A stretch of 64,000 bases of DNA, from assembly GCA_965247095.1 (NCBI GenBank), contig OZ251997.1, positions 2,944,001 to 3,008,000 of the forward strand, in the 5' to 3' direction. Under the pieces are notes generated by a model that was not told where the DNA came from, did no database searches, and saw only the letters and a program-made list of their open reading frames with translations. The position numbers were made by a program, and so were the translations under genes. Within the stretch, counting starts at the first letter, position 1. Each line of letters starts with the position of its first letter. This stretch comes from Candidatus Multivorans sp. (GTDB lineage Bacteria > Acidobacteriota > Thermoanaerobaculia > Multivoradales > Multivoraceae). Of the stretch, positions 57,942-64,000 are shown in pieces.

Positions 57942-59138
57942 CTAACCGCCGAAACGCGCCAGGACTTCCCGGGCGTGGCGACGACCCCACGAATCCCAGG
58001 CCAGGGCTTCCTCGATGCTCTCCGGCTCGCCGTCGCCTGCCTGCCTGCCGTGGCGTTCGAGCACTCCGGCCACCACCGGCACGATCGCGGTGAAGGGGGC
58101 TCTGCGGCTGAGAAACGCGTCGACCCCGATCTCGTTCGCCGCGTTCAGCACCGCCGGCGCGCCGCCGCTCTGGGCCAGGGCATCGCGGGCCAGCGACGGC
58201 GCGGGGAAGAGCGCCGGATCGACTCGCCGGAACTCCAGACTCGAGGTCGCCAGCAGCAGGTCACTCAGATTGCCCGACGCCTCACCGCCGGACCGCGGCC
58301 AGCGTTCGGGATACGAGAGCGCGTACTGGATGGGGTACTGCATGTCGTTGGGCGAAATCTGTGCGATCCCGTTGCCACAGCAAAACTCGACGATCGAGTG
58401 AACGAGGGACTGCGGGTGGATCACGATGTCGATCCGTGAGCCGGCCACGTCGAACAGGTAGCTCGCTTCGATCAACTCCAGGCCCTTGTTCATCAGGGTC
58501 GCGGAATCGACGCTGATCTTGGCGCCCATGTCCCAGGTCGGATGTGCGGTCGCCTCGGCGGGCGTCACCGTCTCCAGGGTGGTGGGATCGCGGTCGAGGA
58601 ACGGACCGCCCGAAGCGGTCAGCACAAGGCGGCGAACTTCGTGGGGGTGGCCCGCCCGCAGCGCCTGGTGGATCGCGGCGTGCTCGCTGTCGATCGGCAG
58701 AATGGACGCGCCCGAGGCGGCCGCCAGCCGGCGCAGCACGGGGCCGGCCGCAACCATCGCCTCCTTGTTGGCGAGCGCCAGATCGGCGCCGGCTGCAAGC
58801 GCCGCTGCTGCGGGCCTGAGGCCGGCCGCGCCGACGATCGCCGTCACCACCAAGTCGATCTTGCCGGAACCGACCGTGTCCAGCAGCGCTTCTTCGCCGC
58901 TTGCCAGGCTGGTTCCTGCCGGCAGTTCGCCGCGGAGCGCGGCCGCCGCGTCGGCGCCGGCCACGACGACGCGATCGGGCCCGAACTCACGTGCCAATTC
59001 GACCAGACGCGCCGGTCGAGTTCCCTGCGCCGCGAGCACCGAGACCCGCAACCGGTCCGGGTGGCTGCGGGCCACGGCCAGGGTGGCTTCGCCGATCGAG
59101 CCGGTGGCCCCGAGTACGGCGACGCTGCGTCGGTTCAA
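57942..59138 (-). CDS. dxr: 1-deoxy-D-xylulose-5-phosphate reductoisomerase
   Basis: LGATGSIG, LANKE, PIDSEH, TASGGPF, HPTWDMGAKISVDSATLMNKGLE, NAANE. Confidence 0.96.
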   Translation of the reverse strand: MNRRSVAVLGATGSIGEATLAVARSHPDRLRVSVLAAQGTRPARLVELAREFGPDRVVVAGADAAAALRGELPAGTSLASGEEALLDTVGSGKIDLVVTAIVGAAGLRPAAAALAAGADLALANKEAMVAAGPVLRRLAAASGASILPIDSEHAAIHQALRAGHPHEVRRLVLTASGGPFLDRDPTTLETVTPAEATAHPTWDMGAKISVDSATLMNKGLELIEASYLFDVAGSRIDIVIHPQSLVHSIVEFCCGNGIAQISPNDMQYPIQYALSYPERWPRSGGEASGNLSDLLLATSSLEFRRVDPALFPAPSLARDALAQSGGAPAVLNAANEIGVDAFLSRRAPFTAIVPVVAGVLERHGRQAGDGEPESIEEALAWDSWGRRHAREVLARFGG

Positions 59139-60010
59139 GGCAGGGCTCCGGCCGCGCCGGTCACGGAAAGCACCGAGACAGCCGGCCCGAAGGCGCCGAT
59201 GTCGACAGCGAGGTACATCAGCGGCGTCGCCAGCATCACGCTGTCCAGCCGGTCGAGGAGGCCGCCGTGCCCGGGTAGCAGGTGGCTGGTGTCCTTAGCC
59301 TGGGCCGCGCGCTTCAGCAGGGACGCCACCAGGTCTCCGGCCTGACCCGCGCCGCCGCAGACAAGCGTCACAAACGGAACCCCCAGCTCGAAATCGTCCG
59401 GGCCGAGCCAGAGCAGGAACACCGCGACGCCGACGCCTGTGCTCGCGGCCAGGCCGCTCACGGCGCCCGCGATCGTCTTCTTCGGACTGATGGTGGGGGC
59501 CAGGGGCCGGCGACCGAACATCCGCCCACCGTAGTAGGCGCCGATGTCGCCCAGCGCGGCGACGGCCAGAACCCAGAGCAGAAGCACGGGATCGAGGCGG
59601 TGAAGGTGGATCGCGGCGACGAGGAACAACCCCAGCCAGAGCGCCCCGAAGGAGAACAGCGCCGAGGCTGCCAGCCGGTCGCGCACCTCGGCGCGGCCGC
59701 CCAGCCCGACCGCCACCGCCATGGCGAGAACGACCGTTGCCGCCGCGAACCAGAGGTCGAGGCCGGTGAGCCGGGGCAGGGGGACGATCTGGTTGTGGAC
59801 GGCGCCGGTAAACGCCAGGAGGGCCACGGCCAACCACAGCGCCAGGCGAAACTTCGGCGAGACGACGATCCGCTGCACCAGGGCGGCGTACTCCGCGGCC
59901 GCCAGCAGGACCACCGCGGTGGCGACCGCCACGAAGAACAGGGGCTTCAGGTACAGGACGATGGCTGTCGCCAGCGCTGCGGTCACGATCCCCGTGACAA
60001 CGCGTTTCAT
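59135..60010 (-). CDS. cdsA: Phosphatidate cytidylyltransferase
   Basis: DIGAYYGG, ISPKKT, GDLVAS.LKR, PGHGGLLDRLDS. Confidence 0.94.
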   Translation of the reverse strand: MKRVVTGIVTAALATAIVLYLKPLFFVAVATAVVLLAAAEYAALVQRIVVSPKFRLALWLAVALLAFTGAVHNQIVPLPRLTGLDLWFAAATVVLAMAVAVGLGGRAEVRDRLAASALFSFGALWLGLFLVAAIHLHRLDPVLLLWVLAVAALGDIGAYYGGRMFGRRPLAPTISPKKTIAGAVSGLAASTGVGVAVFLLWLGPDDFELGVPFVTLVCGGAGQAGDLVASLLKRAAQAKDTSHLLPGHGGLLDRLDSVMLATPLMYLAVDIGAFGPAVSVLSVTGAAGALP

Positions 60011-60762
60011 TGCCGCCGACTGTATTCCACCCGCTCCAGGCAAAGTCCGCGCGCGGGGGCGTTCGGTCCGGCGGCGGAGCGGCAGTCGCCTTCGAGCAGT
60101 GAGGCGAGATCGTCGAGCGACCGGCGACCGCGACCGACTTCGAGCGTGGTGCCGACGAGGGCGCGGACCATGCCGCGCAGAAACCCGTCGCCGGCGACGC
60201 AGAAGCTCACTTCGTCCCCGGCTTCGGTCCACGCGGCCTGGTGAATCGTCCGCTCCGGCCGGCTGTGGCTGCCGCCCGACTTGGCGAAGGCCGAAAAGTC
60301 GTGCCGTCCCAGGAGCAGCGAGGCGGCGGTCTTCATCGCCTCGAGGTCGAATCCGGCCGGCGCCGGGACGACGAAGGGCGCCCGGAACGGGTCGATCACC
60401 TGGGCGCGGCTGAGCCGGTAGCGGTAGACCTTGAAGGCAGCGCTCTTGCGGGCGTGGAAGGTGTCGTCCACCGGGTCGGCGTCCAGCACCCGGATCGCCG
60501 CCGGCAGATGACGGTTGGCGCCGTGGACCAGGGCACGGCGCGTCTCCTCGAGCGCCGACTTTGCCGCTACAGTCAGGTGAGCCGTCTGGCCGCGGGCGTG
60601 GACGCCGGCATCCGTGCGGCCGGCGCCGTGCACCCTCACGCTTCGGCCGAGGATCCGGGCCAGGGCTTCCTCGACGACCTGCTGGATGCCGAGCGCATTG
60701 TCCTGGCGCTGCCAGCCGGCGTAGTCCGTGCCGACATAGGCGATCCGCAGGCGGTACTTCAC
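60007..60762 (-). CDS. truA: tRNA pseudouridine(38-40) synthase
   Basis: IAYVGTDYAGWQ, AGRTDAGVHA, GRHDF, FLRGMVR. Confidence 0.96.
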   Translation of the reverse strand: MKYRLRIAYVGTDYAGWQRQDNALGIQQVVEEALARILGRSVRVHGAGRTDAGVHARGQTAHLTVAAKSALEETRRALVHGANRHLPAAIRVLDADPVDDTFHARKSAAFKVYRYRLSRAQVIDPFRAPFVVPAPAGFDLEAMKTAASLLLGRHDFSAFAKSGGSHSRPERTIHQAAWTEAGDEVSFCVAGDGFLRGMVRALVGTTLEVGRGRRSLDDLASLLEGDCRSAAGPNAPARGLCLERVEYSRRQ

Positions 60763-62183
60763 GGGCGTCCCGCCCGCATCCGGCCATCAACCACGAAGAC
60801 CACCAGCGGGGGCAGCCAGACTGCGCCGTAGACCCAGGGGAAATAGTCTATTCCCGCGAGCGCCGGCAGGTAGGCCAGGGGCAGGGTCGCCGACAGCAGC
60901 AGGACGCTGCGCACTCCGAGCAGCGCCGCCCAGGGCAGCACCCAGATCAGGTACCAGGGATAGAGCGTCGGACTTGCAAGCAGGACGATGCCGAAGGCGC
61001 CCAACGCCGCGCCGATCGCACCGGGACGCCGCCGCCAGAGGCGAAGCCACGCGGCGCCGCCCGCGGCCAGGAGCAGGGCGCGGGCGAGAAACTGGGGATA
61101 GGTGTAGGAGTAGAGAGTGTGCCATGGCGTTGCTGTGACCTCGCCGCCGAAGACCACCCGAAGGAGGTGGACGGCGCCCGCGGCCGCCCGGTCGAGTTGC
61201 AGCGCGTCGAGGAGACGCCAGAGCGGTTCGTAGAGCGGGCCGTTGTACTCCCAGCGCAGCGCGTAGACGGCGAGGCCCGGCGGAACGCCGCCCGTCCAGA
61301 CCAGAACGGCCGCCACAGCGGGGACGAGCAGGCAGGCGGCGCCGAGAGCGAACATGTGGCCGTGCTGCCCGTGGCGCTGCATCGTTCGCCACCAGAGGGG
61401 GATTGCGGCGAGGGGAACCAGCTTGGCCAGCACGCCGAGCGCGGCGACGGCCCCGGCAGCGAGCGAACGCGGGAGGGTGGACAGGGAACCGCGCCGGACC
61501 GGGATCAGATAGACGCAGGCGATGACCAGCGAAGCGCCCAGCACGTCGATGTGGCCCATGCCGGCGCCCTCGATCACGACCAGTGGATTCCAGACATAGG
61601 CGAGCGCGGCCACGACGGACCCGCGCCGCCGGGCAAGCGCGAGCAGCAGGGCGCAGCCGATCAGGTCGACCGCGGCCAGCGTCAGCTTGTAGCCGGGGAG
61701 CGGCCGCGGCAGGACGCTGGCGGCGGTGAAGAGGCTCAGGGCCAGGGGCGGGTAGACCGTGGCGACGTCGCGGTGAGCGGTCCGCTGCCACAGGTCGTCG
61801 CGCAACCCGGTCAAGTCGGGATCGTTCGGCGTGAGCCGGTAAGGATTGGCGCCGGCAGCGGCGACGCGGCCGTCCCAGAGGTAGCGATGGACGTCGTCGG
61901 ACAGGCTCGGCGCCAGCGGCAGGGCCAACAGGCGCAGCAGCAGGGCGACGGCGAGGACGCCGGCGACCGGCAGCTCGCCCGCCTCTTTCTGCCGTGCCCG
62001 TCCCAGCCGCCTCAGCGCCCGGAAGAGGGCGCCGAAGGCCAGCAGGACCACTGCCAGGAAGAGCACGCTCGCCCAGGGCGCGTCCGCCGCCGGCCGCAAG
62101 CCGGTCCGGTCCAGGAGCAGGAGCCCGCCGAAGCACGCGAGCAGGGGCCAGGCGGCCGACGCTAGTGGGAGTGCCCTTGCCAT
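60759..62183 (-). CDS. GT87/DUF2029-like GT-C membrane glycosyltransferase
   Basis: LSDDVHRYLWDG, ANPY, TVYPP, WNPLVVIE, GH.D, PTLYPWY. Confidence 0.8.
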   Translation of the reverse strand: MARALPLASAAWPLLACFGGLLLLDRTGLRPAADAPWASVLFLAVVLLAFGALFRALRRLGRARQKEAGELPVAGVLAVALLLRLLALPLAPSLSDDVHRYLWDGRVAAAGANPYRLTPNDPDLTGLRDDLWQRTAHRDVATVYPPLALSLFTAASVLPRPLPGYKLTLAAVDLIGCALLLALARRRGSVVAALAYVWNPLVVIEGAGMGHIDVLGASLVIACVYLIPVRRGSLSTLPRSLAAGAVAALGVLAKLVPLAAIPLWWRTMQRHGQHGHMFALGAACLLVPAVAAVLVWTGGVPPGLAVYALRWEYNGPLYEPLWRLLDALQLDRAAAGAVHLLRVVFGGEVTATPWHTLYSYTYPQFLARALLLAAGGAAWLRLWRRRPGAIGAALGAFGIVLLASPTLYPWYLIWVLPWAALLGVRSVLLLSATLPLAYLPALAGIDYFPWVYGAVWLPPLVVFVVDGRMRAGRP

Positions 62184-62196
62184 ATCGTCGGCGTCT

Positions 62197-63705
62197 GTGC
62201 TTCTTCCCGTGTACTACGCCGTTCTCGGCACGCTCGCACTCTTCGGACTTCATCGGCTGGTTCTGCTGCTGGTGCTGCGTCTGGTCCGGTCACCCGCCGA
62301 AGTGGGTGGCTCGGTCGCAGCCGGCGCGGAGGATGAAGCCCCCTTGCCCCGGGTGAATGTGCCCCGGGTCACTGTCCAACTGCCAATCTACAACGAGCGC
62401 TACGTGGCCCCGCGCCTGGTCGCGGCCGTGCTCGACTTCGACTACCCCACAGAGCGGCTGGAGATTCAGATCCTCGACGATTCGACCGACGACACAGGCG
62501 AGCGGATCGAGGCCGTGCTTGAGGAAGCGTCGAAGAGAGGGCGCCCACTGCCGGCCGTCCGCCACCTTCGCCGGCGCGGACGCGAGGGCTTCAAGGCAGG
62601 GGCTCTGGCGGCCGGTCTGAGCGAGGCGCGCGGCGAGCTGATCGCTATCTTCGACGCCGACTTCGTCCCCGGCCCGGACTTCCTGCGCCGCACGGTGCCG
62701 GCCTTCGCCGATCCCGGGCTCGGCATGGTCCAGGCGCGCTGGGACCACATGAACCGGAATGACTCCCTGCTCACCCGCGCCCAGGCGGTGCTGCTCGACG
62801 GACACTTCCTGGTCGAGCAGGAGGCGCGCTACCGGTCGGGCTGCTTCTTCAACTTCAACGGCACCGCGGGCGTCTGGCGGCGCCGGGCGATCGAAGAGGC
62901 CGGGGGCTGGAAGTTCGACACCCTGACCGAGGATCTCGACCTCTCCTACCGCGCGCAGCTCGCCGGCTGGCGCTTCGCGTTGATGACCGACCTCGCGGTG
63001 CCGGCGGATCTGCCGGCCCGCGTCAACGACTTCAAGAGCCAGCAGTACCGCTGGGCGCGCGGTACGGCCCAGGCCATGCGCAAGCTGCTGGGACCTATCC
63101 TGCGCAGCGCGGTCCGGCCGCGGGTCAAGCTCGCGGCGACGGCGCACCTGACCTCGGGCTTCTGCTATCCGTTGCTCGTCGCGCTGGGACTGCTGCTCTT
63201 GCCGGCCATCCTGCTGCGCCAGGAATCGCCGTACCTGCTGCTGTGGATCGACGCGCCTCTGTTCCTGCTCGGCACCGTCGGCGTGGCCGGTTGCTACGCC
63301 GCCGGCCAGCGCCGGGCCGGGCGACCGGGTTCCCGGGCGTGGTTGGAGGTGCCGCTTGCGATGTCCGTCGGCATCGGCCTGTCGCTTCACAACTCGGCCG
63401 CGGTGGCTACCGGTCTATTCCGCAGCGGCGGCGTGTTCGCCCGCACCCCCAAGATCCCGGCCAACGCGCGAAACCCTCCCACGCTGTACCGGTCGAACGC
63501 GGTCTGGAGCCTCTGGGGCGAAGCCGCGCTCGCGCTCTACTTCTGGGTCTGCATTGCCGCCGCCGGTCTCAACGGCCGTTGGTGGTCCCTGCCCTTCCTG
63601 TATCTGTTCGCGCACGGATATAGCCTGATGGTGCTCGGCGGCGCCCTGCCGCGGTGGAGACACAGCAGAAGGTTGCCGAGCGACGTGGGAAGGCATACTT
63701 CGTAG
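62197..63705 (+). CDS. Membrane GT2 glycosyltransferase (cellulose-synthase-like, D,D,D,QxxRW)
   Basis: [40 protein letters not shown]. Confidence 0.9.
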   Translation: MLLPVYYAVLGTLALFGLHRLVLLLVLRLVRSPAEVGGSVAAGAEDEAPLPRVNVPRVTVQLPIYNERYVAPRLVAAVLDFDYPTERLEIQILDDSTDDTGERIEAVLEEASKRGRPLPAVRHLRRRGREGFKAGALAAGLSEARGELIAIFDADFVPGPDFLRRTVPAFADPGLGMVQARWDHMNRNDSLLTRAQAVLLDGHFLVEQEARYRSGCFFNFNGTAGVWRRRAIEEAGGWKFDTLTEDLDLSYRAQLAGWRFALMTDLAVPADLPARVNDFKSQQYRWARGTAQAMRKLLGPILRSAVRPRVKLAATAHLTSGFCYPLLVALGLLLLPAILLRQESPYLLLWIDAPLFLLGTVGVAGCYAAGQRRAGRPGSRAWLEVPLAMSVGIGLSLHNSAAVATGLFRSGGVFARTPKIPANARNPPTLYRSNAVWSLWGEAALALYFWVCIAAAGLNGRWWSLPFLYLFAHGYSLMVLGGALPRWRHSRRLPSDVGRHTS

Positions 63706-63715
63706 CCGGCCGTCG

Positions 63716-64000
63716 ATGATCCACCCCCTCAAGAGACAGTCGCCTCCCGCTGCTTCCCGACCGGCGGACGTGGTCGTGCGGCCTGCGTCGCCGGCCGACG
63801 CTCCCTTCCTCCGGCGCTGGCGCTCCGAGCCGGCCGTGCGCCGCTTTCAGCCGCTGCACAACGTGTCCGTGTCCCGACTGCGAGCGGATCTGGCGTCGCA
63901 GCGTCCCCGGGATATCTACCGCGGCCGGGGCGACCGCTACACCTGGCTGGTCGAGTCCGATGGCGAGCGCACGGGCTGGATCACGTTGGCGATCGTGAAC
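63716..64000 (+). CDS. GNAT (RimJ/RimL-like) acetyltransferase, runs off the window end
   Basis: Hand translation ...VVVRPASPADAPFLRRWRSEPAVRRFQP...WLVESDGERTGWITL; open to 64000. Confidence 0.6.
   Translation, partial: MIHPLKRQSPPAASRPADVVVRPASPADAPFLRRWRSEPAVRRFQPLHNVSVSRLRADLASQRPRDIYRGRGDRYTWLVESDGERTGWITLAIVN

Overview
High-GC bacterial chromosome segment; gene content suggests Acidobacteriota (inference). 1-11.3 kb: a hopanoid cluster (shc, hpnH, hpnA, hpnG) directly followed by a mevalonate operon (type-2 IDI, class I HMG-CoA reductase, mevalonate kinase, MvaD-family decarboxylase, isopentenyl-phosphate kinase). It lacks phosphomevalonate kinase, so it looks like the haloarchaeal/Roseiflexus-type route, while an intact MEP gene dxr sits at 58-59 kb. 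11.4-16.3 kb: biotin carboxylase/BCCP and three decaying genes (ABC binding protein, HAMP protein, OFA transporter). 16.4-24.8 kb: a polyprenyl-phosphate sugar locus. A 6.5-kb islet (two ArnT-like GT-C enzymes, a GT2, a two-component system) is bounded by a 118-bp direct repeat of the ubiA/flippase overlap, and two islet promoters share a CTCAG-N6-CTCAG-N10-YACAGT motif. 24.9-37.5 kb: tandem M20 peptidases, pilD and minor pilins with a PilX-PilY1 fusion, selA, a TPR protein, tldE/tldD. 37.6-64 kb: mostly housekeeping and envelope genes. A modular CTAG-bounded palindromic repeat family occurs in at least 8 full or partial copies. No CRISPR array, rRNA, tRNA, transposase or integrase was recognised. 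Many start codons were re-chosen by eye and are approximate.
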